Position numbers and translations under genes: made by a program. Shown here piece by piece: positions 9,914-19,289 of a stretch of DNA of 64,000 bases (positions are counted from its first letter, which is position 1; each line of letters opens with the position of its first letter). Source of the DNA: Myxococcota bacterium (GTDB lineage: Bacteria; Myxococcota_A; UBA9160; JAFDDA01); contig OZ245817.1 of assembly GCA_965228475.1 (NCBI GenBank), positions 3,136,001 through 3,200,000 on the forward strand, given 5' to 3'. The notes beneath the pieces were generated by a model. That model made no database searches. It was not told where the DNA came from and worked only from the letters and a program-made list of their open reading frames with translations.

Positions 9914-10702
9914 CTAGACCGCGGCCTGCTGAAGTGCGAACCGGTCGTCCCCGCCGAGCTCCTCGGGAAGCTCCCGGGAGTGCGGACGCGTGAGGTCGAG
10001 GTCGTAGGTGATGCCGGCGCCGTAGCGCTCCGGCGCGTGCGGGTCACGCCGCAGGTGATCGAAGACGAGCAGCCGCGTCCCGAGCTTGAAGCCCTCGGAC
10101 AGGTCGTGGGTCACCATGAAGATCGTCATGCCGGACTCCTCGAAGAGCCGGAGGACGAGGTCGTGGATGGCATCCTTCGTGCCCGGGTCGAGGGCCCCGA
10201 ACGCCTCGTCGAGCAGCAGGACCTTGGGCTCGCGGATCAACGCCTGGGCGATGGAGAGCCGCTGCCGCATCCCGCCGGACAGGGAGTGGGGATGGGTCGC
10301 GCGCTCGCTCGCCAGCCCGACGCCCTCGAGGTACCGCTCGGCCTTCTCGATGGCCGCGCGCCGCGCGCTCCCGAACATGCGCCCGAGGAGCGGGGAAGCC
10401 TCGAACTCGAGGCCGAGCAGCACGTTCTCGAGCACCGTGAGGTGCGGGAAGACCGAGTAGCGCTGGAAGACCACGCCGCGGTCCGGCCCGGGCTCCTTCG
10501 CGAGCGGGCTGCCGTCGATCAGGATCTCCCCGCGAGTGGGCGTCTCCTGCGCCAGGAGCAGGCGGAGGAAGGTCGACTTCCCGCAGCCCGAGGGCCCGGC
10601 GACGGCGCAGAAGGTGTGCGGCGCGACCTCGAGGTCGATGTTCTCGAGGACGACCTTCTCGCCGTACTCGTGCCACAGGCCGCGAACGGAGATGGTGCTC
10701 AT
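9914..10702 (-). CDS. ABC transporter ATP-binding protein (NitT/TauT type, urea-carboxylase-associated)
   Basis: Start MSTISVRGLWHEYG at 10702; Walker A GPSGCGKST, LSGGMRQR, LLLDEAFGALD; C-terminal PERYGAGITYDL typical of this cluster. Confidence 0.92.
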   Translation of the reverse strand: MSTISVRGLWHEYGEKVVLENIDLEVAPHTFCAVAGPSGCGKSTFLRLLLAQETPTRGEILIDGSPLAKEPGPDRGVVFQRYSVFPHLTVLENVLLGLEFEASPLLGRMFGSARRAAIEKAERYLEGVGLASERATHPHSLSGGMRQRLSIAQALIREPKVLLLDEAFGALDPGTKDAIHDLVLRLFEESGMTIFMVTHDLSEGFKLGTRLLVFDHLRRDPHAPERYGAGITYDLDLTRPHSRELPEELGGDDRFALQQAAV

Positions 10703-11508
10703 GCGGCTTCTGCCTCCAGCCATCCGTATCGCCACCGGCGAAGCGCGCGGAGGCCGAAGTCGAGCAGGAACGCCAGGAGCGTGATCCACAGCACGTAGGG
10801 AAGGATCACGTTCATCGCGAGGTAGCGGCGCACCAGGAAGATCCGATAGCCGAGCCCGCTCGTGGCGGAGATGGCCTCCGCCGAGATCAAGAAGAGCCAG
10901 GCCGGCCCGAGCGAGAGCCGGAGCGAATCGATCAGGCGCGGCAGGGTCTGGGGCAGGATCACGCGAAACGCGAGCTGGGCGCTCGACGCTCCGAGCGTCT
11001 GCGCCTTGATCCACTGCTCTTCGGGGATCTCGGCCACGCGCTGGGAGAGATCGCGGATCATGAACGGCAGCACGCCGATCACGATCAGGGCGACCTTCGC
11101 GACCTCCCCCACCCCGAGCAGGATGAAGAGGATCGGCAGGATCGCGAGGGCCGGGATCATCGAGAGGACGGTGACGAGCGGCTCGAGACCCGCGCGCACC
11201 CAGGGCAGCATCCCGATCCCGAGCGCGAAGACGAGGGCGACCGGCGTCGCGATGCCGAGGCCGAGCGCCATGCGCTTGAGACTCTCCGCCGTGTCGAGCC
11301 AGAACAGCCGGCTTCCGGTGCGCGTGTCTTCCTCGAAGGCCATCTCGTGCCACGTCTCACCCACGCGGGCCGGGCTCGGCATCAGCTTGTCGTCGGGGTT
11401 CTCGGCGAGGCGGACCTGCGAACCGACGAGGTAGGCCAGGAGCAGGAGCAGGAACGGCACCGCCGCGATCCACCCCCCGTTGCGGGGTCTTCGATTGATC
11501 CAACGCAC
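10699..11508 (-). CDS. ABC transporter permease (urea-carboxylase-associated)
   Basis: GTG start (MRWINRRP...), RLAENPDDKLMP, EAA-like loop KAQTLGAS, LISAEAISATSGLGYRIFLVRRYLAM. Confidence 0.9.
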   Translation of the reverse strand: MRWINRRPRNGGWIAAVPFLLLLLAYLVGSQVRLAENPDDKLMPSPARVGETWHEMAFEEDTRTGSRLFWLDTAESLKRMALGLGIATPVALVFALGIGMLPWVRAGLEPLVTVLSMIPALAILPILFILLGVGEVAKVALIVIGVLPFMIRDLSQRVAEIPEEQWIKAQTLGASSAQLAFRVILPQTLPRLIDSLRLSLGPAWLFLISAEAISATSGLGYRIFLVRRYLAMNVILPYVLWITLLAFLLDFGLRALRRWRYGWLEAEAA

Positions 11509-11520
11509 GCCTGCTGCAAA

Positions 11521-11537
11521 AGCAAGCACGGTGCCAA
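11521..11537 (-). promoter_or_regulatory. Sigma-54 -24/-12 promoter for the ABC permease/ATPase
   Basis: Minus strand TTGGCACCGTGCTTGCT matches TGGCAC-N5-TTGC. Confidence 0.8.
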
Positions 11538-11585
11538 CGCGGATGGGCTGCTTCGCGCCGCCTTCCGCCACTCGAAGCCCACGCG

Positions 11586-11636
11586 TGTGCATGCACTGCT
11601 CCCGCGTTGTGCACGGGCGTGACACTTCGGTGTGCA
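11586..11636. promoter_or_regulatory. Candidate NtrC-like enhancer sites between the divergent sigma-54 promoters
   Basis: TGTGCA at 11586, 11608 and 11631 (22-23 bp period). TGCTCC-N5-TGTGCA (11597-11613) resembles the NtrC box TGCACC-N5-GGTGCA. Confidence 0.55.
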
Positions 11637-11708
11637 TCGGTCGGACCCGTTTCGGAACACATGGGCTTTCGATGACCCCGAACCGAACCGCCCGGCCCGC
11701 GATCCGCA

Positions 11709-11725
11709 CTGGCACGAGAGTTGCG
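11709..11725 (+). promoter_or_regulatory. Sigma-54 -24/-12 promoter for the porin/substrate-binding protein/carboxylase operon
   Basis: CTGGCACGAGAGTTGCG matches TGGCAC-N5-TTGC, about 110 nt upstream of ATG 11836. Confidence 0.8.
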
Positions 11726-11835
11726 ATGGGCCCGTCGCAGATGAACTGCATGTCGCCCCAGTCGGATCGCACGTGGGAATCGTTCCGATCTCTCCTCACG
11801 CCGGCTGGGGCGACCGAACCCTTCAAGGAGAAGAA

Positions 11836-12561
11836 ATGACTGTTCGACGAGTGCTCTTGCTGCTTTGCGCAGTGACTTTGAGCGTGCCCGCAGCCGCCGA
11901 AGAGGAGCCCGCCCCCGACGATTGGTTTCCGGGAGAGTTCTCCGGGAACGTGACCCTCATCAGCGACTACGTCTTCCGCGGCGTCTCGCAGACCCGCGAA
12001 TCCTTCGCTCTCCAGGCCGGAATCGACTGGAACCACGACAGCGGCCTGTACGCCGGCGTCTGGGGTTCGAGCATCTCCTTCGGTGGAGACGACTCCTTCC
12101 TCGAGCAGGACGTGTACATCGGATACGCGAACAACATCGGGGACTTCTCCTACGACGTGTCGGCGATCTTCTTCTACTACCCGAAGGAGAACGACTTCAA
12201 CTACTGGGAGTTCGCGGTCAACACCGGCTACGACCTCGACTTCGCCCAGCTGAGCTTCGGCTTCCTGTGGTCGCCGGACTACTTCGGCACGCTCGACTCC
12301 GGCTGGTACGTCTCGACCGGCCTGAGCGTTCCGATCCCGGTCGAGATTCCGTACGGCTTCGACCTCGGGCTCGACTTCACCTTCGGCTACACGGCGACGG
12401 ACGAGGACATCTTCGACGACGATGACTACCTCGACTGGAGCGTGGGTCTCGTGGTGGGTCTGCCCAAGGGCTTCTCCCTCGACCTCCGGTACCACGACAC
12501 CAGCGAGAACCTGGACATCGCGGACGCTCGATTCGTCGGCGGCCTGACGTTCAGCTTCTAG
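11836..12561 (+). CDS. TorF-family putative outer-membrane porin
   Basis: AAGGAG RBS; signal peptide; SGNVTLISDYVFRGVSQT, ALQAGIDWNHDSGLYAGVWGSSI; C-terminal Phe (LTFSF). Confidence 0.88.
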   Translation: MTVRRVLLLLCAVTLSVPAAAEEEPAPDDWFPGEFSGNVTLISDYVFRGVSQTRESFALQAGIDWNHDSGLYAGVWGSSISFGGDDSFLEQDVYIGYANNIGDFSYDVSAIFFYYPKENDFNYWEFAVNTGYDLDFAQLSFGFLWSPDYFGTLDSGWYVSTGLSVPIPVEIPYGFDLGLDFTFGYTATDEDIFDDDDYLDWSVGLVVGLPKGFSLDLRYHDTSENLDIADARFVGGLTFSF

Positions 12562-12577
12562 GAAGCCGGGGAACCCA

Positions 12578-13648
12578 ATGACGAAGCGTCTCTTCGCCTC
12601 GATCGCCTTCGGCCTGTGCGTGGCGATCCTCACCGCGAGCCCGTCCGCGACGGCCGAGTCCAAGGACTCGTTCAAGATCGCCTGGTCGATCTACGTGGGC
12701 TGGATGCCCTGGGGGTACATGGAGGACTCCGGGATCATCGACCGGTGGGCGGACAAGTACGACATCGACATCGAGATCGTCCAGATCAACGACTACATCG
12801 AATCCATCAACCTCTTCACCGCGGGGGAGTTCGACGGGTGCTCCATGACCAACATGGACGCCCTGACGATTCCCGCCGCGGGAAGCGTGGACTCGACGGC
12901 GCTGATCGTGGGCGACTTCTCGAACGGCAACGACGGCGTCGTGCTCAAGGGCACGAAGGATCTCGCGGCAGTGAAGGGACGGAAGGTCCACCTCGTGGAG
13001 CTCTCGGTCTCGCACTACCTGCTGGCCCGAGCGCTCGACTCCGTGGGGCTCGCGGAGAAGGACGTCACCGTCGTGAACATCTCCGACGCGGACATCGTGG
13101 CGGCCTTCGCCACGAAGGACGTGACGGCGGGCACCCTGTGGAACCCCCAGCTCTCGGAAGTCACCCGGATGCCGGGGAACCACAAGGTCTTCGACTCGAG
13201 CCAGATCCCCGGCGAGATCATCGACATGATGGTCGTGAAGACCGAGACCCTGAAGGCCAACCCGAAGCTCGGGAAGGCGCTGGTCGGGGCCTGGTACGAG
13301 ACCATGAAGCTGCTCGCCGACCCGGGCGAGGCCGGCCAGAAGGCGCGGACGGCCATGGCCAAGGCCGCAGGCACGGACCTCGCGGGCTACGAGGCCCAGC
13401 TGGCCACGACGCAGATGTTCTTCGAACCGGCCGCAGCGGTGGACTTCGTGAAGAGCGAAGCCCTCCCGAAGACCATGGACCACGTCCGGCAGTTCTCCTT
13501 CTCGCACGGCCTGCTCGGCCCGGGCGCGAAGTCGCCGGACGCCATCGGCATCGCCTTCCCGGGCGGAAAGGTCCTGGGAGACGAGACCAAGGTGAAGCTC
13601 CGCTTCGACGCCGCCTACCAGGGGATGGCTGCAGCCGGAGGGCTCTAG
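12578..13648 (+). CDS. Putative urea/guanidine ABC transporter substrate-binding protein
   Basis: Signal peptide; AWSIYVGWMPW, NDYIESINLFTAGEFDG, MTNMDAL, DFSNGNDG, FDSSQIPGEIID motifs characteristic of urea-carboxylase-region binding proteins. Confidence 0.92.
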   Translation: MTKRLFASIAFGLCVAILTASPSATAESKDSFKIAWSIYVGWMPWGYMEDSGIIDRWADKYDIDIEIVQINDYIESINLFTAGEFDGCSMTNMDALTIPAAGSVDSTALIVGDFSNGNDGVVLKGTKDLAAVKGRKVHLVELSVSHYLLARALDSVGLAEKDVTVVNISDADIVAAFATKDVTAGTLWNPQLSEVTRMPGNHKVFDSSQIPGEIIDMMVVKTETLKANPKLGKALVGAWYETMKLLADPGEAGQKARTAMAKAAGTDLAGYEAQLATTQMFFEPAAAVDFVKSEALPKTMDHVRQFSFSHGLLGPGAKSPDAIGIAFPGGKVLGDETKVKLRFDAAYQGMAAAGGL

Positions 13649-13652
13649 GCAC

Positions 13653-13686
13653 GAACGGGGAGCGCCCTCGGCTCCCCGTTCTCTTT
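13653..13686 (+). terminator. Intra-operon stem-loop/terminator after the substrate-binding protein gene
   Basis: gaacggggagc-7 nt loop-gctccccgttc followed by tcttt. Confidence 0.65.
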
Positions 13687-13697
13687 GACCCGCAGGA

Positions 13698-14195
13698 GTG
13701 TTACGAACCCCCGTGAACGTCATCGGCCTGTCCAAGCGCGAGAACGTCGTCCGCTTCAGCGTGTCGCTGCCGCGGGCACTGGCCTCCCAGCTCGACGCCA
13801 TGGTCGAGGACCGCCAGCTCCCGAGCCGATCCCGCGCCGTGGCCGAGATGGTGCGCCGCCAGCTCGCACGCCACCGCCTGGCCCTCGGAACCGACGTCGT
13901 GGCGGGCACCATCACCCTCGTCTACGGCGGCGATCGGGCCAGCCTCCGCGGCGAGCTCTTCCGCATCCAGCGTCGCTACCTCCGCGAGACGCTCACCTCG
14001 CAACACGCCTTCCTCGAGGGCAGCCACAGCCTCGAAGTGCTGCTCGTGCAGGGTCCGGGCAGCCGCCTGCAGTCCCTGTGCGACGAACTGCTCGCCTGCC
14101 GCGGTGTGGAGCAGGCCGAGCTGACGGTCACCAGCGCACTCTTGCCCCCGCTCCATCCCGTCGGAGCTTCGACCGAGGAGGACGCCTCTCGATGA
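13698..14195 (+). CDS. NikR/CopG family ribbon-helix-helix regulator with ACT-like C-terminal domain, nickel ligands not conserved
   Basis: VVRFSVSLPRALASQLDAMV...SRSRAVAEMVR (RHH) and VAGTITLVY...SLEVLLVQG...RGVEQAEL (NikR_C). Exact start uncertain. Confidence 0.85.
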   Translation: MLRTPVNVIGLSKRENVVRFSVSLPRALASQLDAMVEDRQLPSRSRAVAEMVRRQLARHRLALGTDVVAGTITLVYGGDRASLRGELFRIQRRYLRETLTSQHAFLEGSHSLEVLLVQGPGSRLQSLCDELLACRGVEQAELTVTSALLPPLHPVGASTEEDASR

Positions 14196-14986
14196 GCGAC
14201 ACCGCGACCCCGGAATCCGCGCGCGCGCACGCGCGGGCCCAGGCCGACTCCGAAGCCGCCCGCGTCGCCGCCCGCCCCACCCTGCCCGCCCGCGAGTTCG
14301 CCGACGTTCCTCCGGGCGTGCCGCGCGAGGCGCTTTTCTGGGCCGAGACGCTCGGACCCGGCGGCTACGCATCGCGCCGCCTCCCTCGCGGCTCGCGGCT
14401 GCGGATCGACGACCTCGAGGGCGAGGCCTCGGCCGGGCTGATGCTCTACAACGCGGCGGAGACCTGGGAGCGGTTGAACGTCGCGGACACGGTGAAGGTC
14501 CAGTGGCAGGCCTACCTCGGCGAAGGCTCCCTGCTGCTCTCGGACATGGGGCGCGTGCTCGCGAGCCTCCTCGAGGACGAATCCCGCGGTCACGACACGA
14601 TCTGTGGGGTCTCGGCCGGAAGCCCGAAGGGCCGCGATCGTTTCACCCTCGCGCTGGCGAAGCACGGCCTCACCAAGCGCGACCTGCCCATCAACCTGAA
14701 CCTGTTCAAGCCCGTGCGCGTCGGCCCCGAGGGCGGACTCACGCTCGACGTCGCCGAGGCTTCCCCCGGCCACGTCACGCTGCGGGCGGAGATGGACGTC
14801 CTGGCCGTCGTCGTGAACGTCGCCCACGTGCTGGACGATCGGGTGGGCCCGCCCCTCACCCCCCTGCGCCTGCTGGCCTGGCACGGTGAGGTCGCTCCCC
14901 TCGAAGACGCGATACGCAACGCGACTCCCGAACGGCGCCGCGCCTTCGAGAACGTCGAGGCCTACTACGGGGAGGTCGATCGATGA
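14192..14986 (+). CDS. cgdA: DUF1989 urea-carboxylase-associated protein (carboxyguanidine deiminase subunit A)
   Basis: ERLNVADTVKVQWQAYLGEGSLLLSDMGRVLAS, HDTICG, FTLALAKHGL, LRAEMDVL; ATGA overlap with the regulator gene. Confidence 0.85.
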   Translation: MSDTATPESARAHARAQADSEAARVAARPTLPAREFADVPPGVPREALFWAETLGPGGYASRRLPRGSRLRIDDLEGEASAGLMLYNAAETWERLNVADTVKVQWQAYLGEGSLLLSDMGRVLASLLEDESRGHDTICGVSAGSPKGRDRFTLALAKHGLTKRDLPINLNLFKPVRVGPEGGLTLDVAEASPGHVTLRAEMDVLAVVVNVAHVLDDRVGPPLTPLRLLAWHGEVAPLEDAIRNATPERRRAFENVEAYYGEVDR

Positions 14987-15606
14987 GCGACGTCCCCGCG
15001 GATCGCACCGTGCACGACGAGATCGTGGCGGCGTGTGCGCCCTGGTCGCGCTGCATTGCGGCCGGCGAGACGCTGCGGATCGTCGACCTCGAGGGGAACC
15101 AGGCCGTGGACTGCCTGCTCTACGACCCCCACGACCCCGACGAACGCTACAGCGCGGCCGAAACGATCGTTCGCCAGCGAAACATCTTCCTCACCACGGG
15201 CACCGAGCTGGTCTCGAACGAAGGCCGGACGATGATGACCGTGGTCGAAGACCAGGTCGGCCATCACGACACCCTCGGCGGAGCCTGCAGCTGCGAATCG
15301 AACACGCTCCGCTACGGCCACCACACGAAGCATCAACACGCCTGCGTCGAGAACTTCCTGATCGACCACGCCGCCCGGGGCCGTGGAAAACGCGACGTCG
15401 TGAGCAACATCAACTGGTTCATGAACGTCCCCGTCGAGGCCGACGGCTCCCTCGGCATCGTCGACGGCCGCTCCGCACCGGGCAAGTACCTCGAGCTGCG
15501 CGCGGAGCGCGACACCCTGGTCGTGGTGAGCAACTGCCCCCAGATCAACAACCCGTGCAACGCCTTCCATCCGACCCCCGTACGGATGATCGTGTACCGC
15601 GGATGA
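14983..15606 (+). CDS. cgdB: DUF1989 urea-carboxylase-associated protein (carboxyguanidine deiminase subunit B)
   Basis: DLEGNQAVD, HDTLGGACSCESN, NINWFMNVPV, SNCPQINNPCN. Confidence 0.9.
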   Translation: MSDVPADRTVHDEIVAACAPWSRCIAAGETLRIVDLEGNQAVDCLLYDPHDPDERYSAAETIVRQRNIFLTTGTELVSNEGRTMMTVVEDQVGHHDTLGGACSCESNTLRYGHHTKHQHACVENFLIDHAARGRGKRDVVSNINWFMNVPVEADGSLGIVDGRSAPGKYLELRAERDTLVVVSNCPQINNPCNAFHPTPVRMIVYRG

Positions 15607-18600
15607 GTCACGGGCGGCCCTTCGACCGCGTCCTCGTCGCGAACCGTGGCGAGATCGCCTGCCGCGTTCTCGCGACGCTCTCTCGCATGGGGATCGCCTC
15701 GGTCGCCGTCTACTCCGAAGCGGATGCCGGGGCGCTGCACGTCCGGCGAGCGGACGAGGCGCACGCGATCGGCCCCGCTCCGGTGGCCGAGAGCTACCTC
15801 GATGGCGACCGCATCCTGGCCGCGGCCCGGGCCAGCGGAGCGCAGGCCATCCACCCGGGCTACGGCCTGCTCTCGGAGAGCGCAGACTTCGCGGCCGCCT
15901 GCGAGGCCGAGGGCCTGGTCTTCCTCGGCCCCACCCCGGAACAGATCGCCGACTTCGGGCGCAAGGACCGCGCTCGGGCGCTCGCCGAGGCCGCGGGGGT
16001 CCCGACCTGCCCGGGCACGGGGACGCTCACCTCACTCGCAGAGGCCTCCGCCGCGGCCGCTGCGATCGGCTATCCGCTGCTCCTCAAGGCAACGGCCGGC
16101 GGCGGCGGCATCGGCATGGCGCTGTGCCGGGACGAAGCCGAGCTCGCCGAGGCCTTCGAACGCGTCTCGCGCCTCGGCGCGTCGCACTTCGGAAGCAGCG
16201 AGACCTTCCTCGAACGCTTCGTCGCGCGGGCGCGACACGTCGAAGTCCAGATCTTCGGGGACGGTGCCGGTGGCGTGCACACGCTCTCGGAACGTGACTG
16301 TTCCCTGCAGCGGCGGCGCCAGAAGGTGGTCGAGGAGGCCCCGGCGCCGGGCGTTTCGGGAGCGATGCGCACCGCCCTCGCCGCGGCGGCCGAACGCCTG
16401 GCCTCCGCCGTCGGCTACCGCTCCGCCGGAACGATCGAGTTCCTGGTCGACCCCGAACGCGAGGCCTTCTACTTCCTCGAGGTCAACACCCGCCTGCAGG
16501 TCGAACACGGCGTGACCGAGGCGATCTTCGGCATCGATCTCGTCGAATGGATGCTGCGCGTCGGCGCGGGGGAGCCGCTGCCGAAGGTTCCCTCGCCCTG
16601 CGGGCACGCCGTGGAGGTGCGTCTCTACGCCGAGGATCCGGGCCGCGACTTTCAACCGTGCAGCGGGACCCTCTCGGAGGTGCGCTTTCCCGAAGACCTG
16701 CGGGTGGACACGGGGGTCGAGCCCGGCACCGAGGTCTCCCCCTTCTACGACCCGCTGCTCGCGAAGCTCGTCACCCACGCACCGACCCGTGAGTTGGCCA
16801 TCGCGCAGATGCGGGAGGGCCTCGAGGGGACGCGGCTCGACGGCATCACCACCAACCGGGCGTACCTCGCCGCGATCCTCGGCTGGAGCCCCTTCCGCAC
16901 GGGCGTCCACCACACCCGCTCCCTCGAAGAGTTCGCCTTCGAGCCGCGAGCGCTGCGGGTGGAGCGGCCGGGAGCGGCGACCACCGTCCAGGACTTCCCC
17001 GGCCGGCTCGGTTCCTGGGGCGTCGGCATCCCGCCCTCGGGCCCGATGGATTCCCTGGCCTTCCGGATCGCCAACCGGATCGTCGGCAACCCGGACGGCG
17101 CGGCCGGCCTCGAGCTGACGCTCTCTGGACCCGCCCTTCGATTCGACCATCCGGCCTGGATCGCCCTGACCGGCGCCGTGGCCGAAGCGACCTGCGGTGG
17201 CGAGCCCGTCCCGCCCTGGACGCCCGTCCGGGTCGCTGCGGGGCAGACGCTCGACGTCGGCCGCATCGGTGACGGCGGAACGGGACCGCTCGGCGGGCTC
17301 CGCGCGTACCTCGCCGTGCGTGGGGGGCTCGACGTCCCCGACTACCTCGGCGCCAAGGCCACCTTCACCCTCGGACGGCTCGGCGGCCACGCGGGCCGGG
17401 CCCTCGTCGCGGGCGACACCCTCGAGTTCGGCGCCGAAGACGGGGAGGCACCCCTCGCGCCCGCCCTCTCCGCCGAGGCCGCGCACGCCCTGGCCCGGCT
17501 CCACCCCTTGCACGGTGAGAGCGCCCGGGCAGAGGCCTGGGAGCTTCGGGTGCTCGACGGCCCCCACGGCCAGGGCTTCTTCACGGAGGACGACCTGCGG
17601 GAGTTCTACGGCGCGACCTTCGAGGTCCACCATCAGTCCGCGCGCACCGGCGTCCGACTGATCGGACCGACGCCCCACTTCGCACGGCCCGACGGCGGCG
17701 ACGCCGGGCTCCATCCTTCGAACGTCCACGACAACGCCTACGCCGTGGGCGCCGTCGACTTCACCGGGGACATGCCTGTGATCCTCGGGCCGGACGGGCC
17801 GAGCCTCGGCGGCTTCGTCTGCCCGGCGGTCGTCATCGAGGCGGACCGCTGGAAGCTTGGGCAGCTGCGCGCGGGCGATCCGGTCCGCTTCCTGCCGACG
17901 TCGGAGGCCGAAGCCTCGGAGGCCCGGGCCGGGGTCGAGCGTGCCGTCGCCTCCCGCGAGGCCGCGAAACCGCCGCACCCCGTGCGCCGCGCGCCCGCGC
18001 CCCTCGACGACGGAATCCTGCTCGACCGCGCCGGGTCGGGCGACGGCCCTCGCTTCGTCGTCCGGCGCAGCGGCGACCGCTATCTGCTGATCGAGTTCGG
18101 TCCGTTCCACTTCGACCTCGCGCTGCGCATCCGGGTCCAGCTCCTCCACGCAGCGCTCGAGCAGGCCGTCTCGGCGGGCACGCTCCCCGGCATCGTCGAC
18201 CTGACCCCGGGCGTCCGCTCGCTCCAGGTCCACTTCGATCCACGCCGCCTTTCGCGCGACGCGCTGCTCGAACGCCTCGACGAACTCGAAGGCGATCTGC
18301 CGGCCGGTGAAGGGCTCCGCCTCCCGAGCCGGGTCGTCCACCTGCCGCTCTCCTGGGAGGACCCCGGCGCCGTCGAGGCCATGCGCCGCTACGAGGCCAC
18401 GGTCCGTGACGATGCCCCCTGGACGCCGAGCAACGTCGAGTTCATCCGGCGCATCAACGGCCTCGACTCCGCCGAAGACGTCCGGCGCATCGTCTTCGAC
18501 GCGCACTACCTGGTGCTCGGGCTCGGCGACGTCTACCTCGGCGCGCCCGTCGCGACCCCGCTCGATCCGCGGCATCGCCTCGTCACCACCAAGTACAACC

Positions 18601-19289
18601 CCGCGCGCACCTGGACGCCGGAGAACGCGGTGGGGATCGGCGGCGCCTACCTGTGCATCTACGGGATGGAAGGCCCCGGCGGCTACCAGCTCGTCGGCCG
18701 CACGATCCCGGTCTGGCGGACCCACGGCGGCTGGCCGGGATCGCCCGAGGGCCCGCCCTGGCTTCTGCGCTGCTTCGACCAGCTCCGCTTCTTTCCCGTC
18801 TCGGCCGAGGAGTTGATGGATCGGCGCCGGGACGTCGCCAACGGATGCGGCGACATCGCGATCGAGGAGACGGTCTTCGAGCCGGCCGCACATGCCCGCT
18901 TCCTCGACTCGATCGCGGAGGACACCGAGCGCTTCCGGAAGCGGCAACGGCGGGCCTTCCGCGAGGAGCGGGAGCGGTGGCGGGCGAGCGGGGAGCTCGA
19001 GGCCGCCGCCCGCGCCGAGCGCCGCGCCTCCCCGGAGCCCGCGCCGATGGACGCGCTCGAGGAAGGCGTCGCCTGGGTGACGGCACCGATGGGTGCCCAG
19101 ATCGTGACGGTCCCCGTCTCGGTGGGCGAAGCCGTCGCCGCGGGCGACACGCTCGCGACGCTGTCCGCCATGAAGACCGAGTCCGCCGTCCCGGCGCCCG
19201 CCGCCGGCACCGTCGAGCGCATCGCGTGCCAACCGGGCCAGGTCGTCGCACCGGGCGCGCCCCTGGTCGCGCTGCGGGAGGCATCGTGA
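15603..19289 (+). CDS. uca: Urea carboxylase family biotin-dependent carboxylase (probable guanidine carboxylase)
   Basis: Biotin carboxylase domain (VLVANRGEIACR, GGGGIGM, FLEVNTRLQVEH), carboxyltransferase (HPSNVHDNAY, LVTTKYNPARTWTPENAVGIGG), biotinyl domain AMKT. Confidence 0.95.
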   Translation: MSHGRPFDRVLVANRGEIACRVLATLSRMGIASVAVYSEADAGALHVRRADEAHAIGPAPVAESYLDGDRILAAARASGAQAIHPGYGLLSESADFAAACEAEGLVFLGPTPEQIADFGRKDRARALAEAAGVPTCPGTGTLTSLAEASAAAAAIGYPLLLKATAGGGGIGMALCRDEAELAEAFERVSRLGASHFGSSETFLERFVARARHVEVQIFGDGAGGVHTLSERDCSLQRRRQKVVEEAPAPGVSGAMRTALAAAAERLASAVGYRSAGTIEFLVDPEREAFYFLEVNTRLQVEHGVTEAIFGIDLVEWMLRVGAGEPLPKVPSPCGHAVEVRLYAEDPGRDFQPCSGTLSEVRFPEDLRVDTGVEPGTEVSPFYDPLLAKLVTHAPTRELAIAQMREGLEGTRLDGITTNRAYLAAILGWSPFRTGVHHTRSLEEFAFEPRALRVERPGAATTVQDFPGRLGSWGVGIPPSGPMDSLAFRIANRIVGNPDGAAGLELTLSGPALRFDHPAWIALTGAVAEATCGGEPVPPWTPVRVAAGQTLDVGRIGDGGTGPLGGLRAYLAVRGGLDVPDYLGAKATFTLGRLGGHAGRALVAGDTLEFGAEDGEAPLAPALSAEAAHALARLHPLHGESARAEAWELRVLDGPHGQGFFTEDDLREFYGATFEVHHQSARTGVRLIGPTPHFARPDGGDAGLHPSNVHDNAYAVGAVDFTGDMPVILGPDGPSLGGFVCPAVVIEADRWKLGQLRAGDPVRFLPTSEAEASEARAGVERAVASREAAKPPHPVRRAPAPLDDGILLDRAGSGDGPRFVVRRSGDRYLLIEFGPFHFDLALRIRVQLLHAALEQAVSAGTLPGIVDLTPGVRSLQVHFDPRRLSRDALLERLDELEGDLPAGEGLRLPSRVVHLPLSWEDPGAVEAMRRYEATVRDDAPWTPSNVEFIRRINGLDSAEDVRRIVFDAHYLVLGLGDVYLGAPVATPLDPRHRLVTTKYNPARTWTPENAVGIGGAYLCIYGMEGPGGYQLVGRTIPVWRTHGGWPGSPEGPPWLLRCFDQLRFFPVSAEELMDRRRDVANGCGDIAIEETVFEPAAHARFLDSIAEDTERFRKRQRRAFREERERWRASGELEAAARAERRASPEPAPMDALEEGVAWVTAPMGAQIVTVPVSVGEAVAAGDTLATLSAMKTESAVPAPAAGTVERIACQPGQVVAPGAPLVALREAS

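Noticed and set aside
11726..11835. Guanidine riboswitch in the porin leader
   Set aside because: No class I, II or III consensus elements recognisable by eye; needs an Infernal scan to exclude fully.
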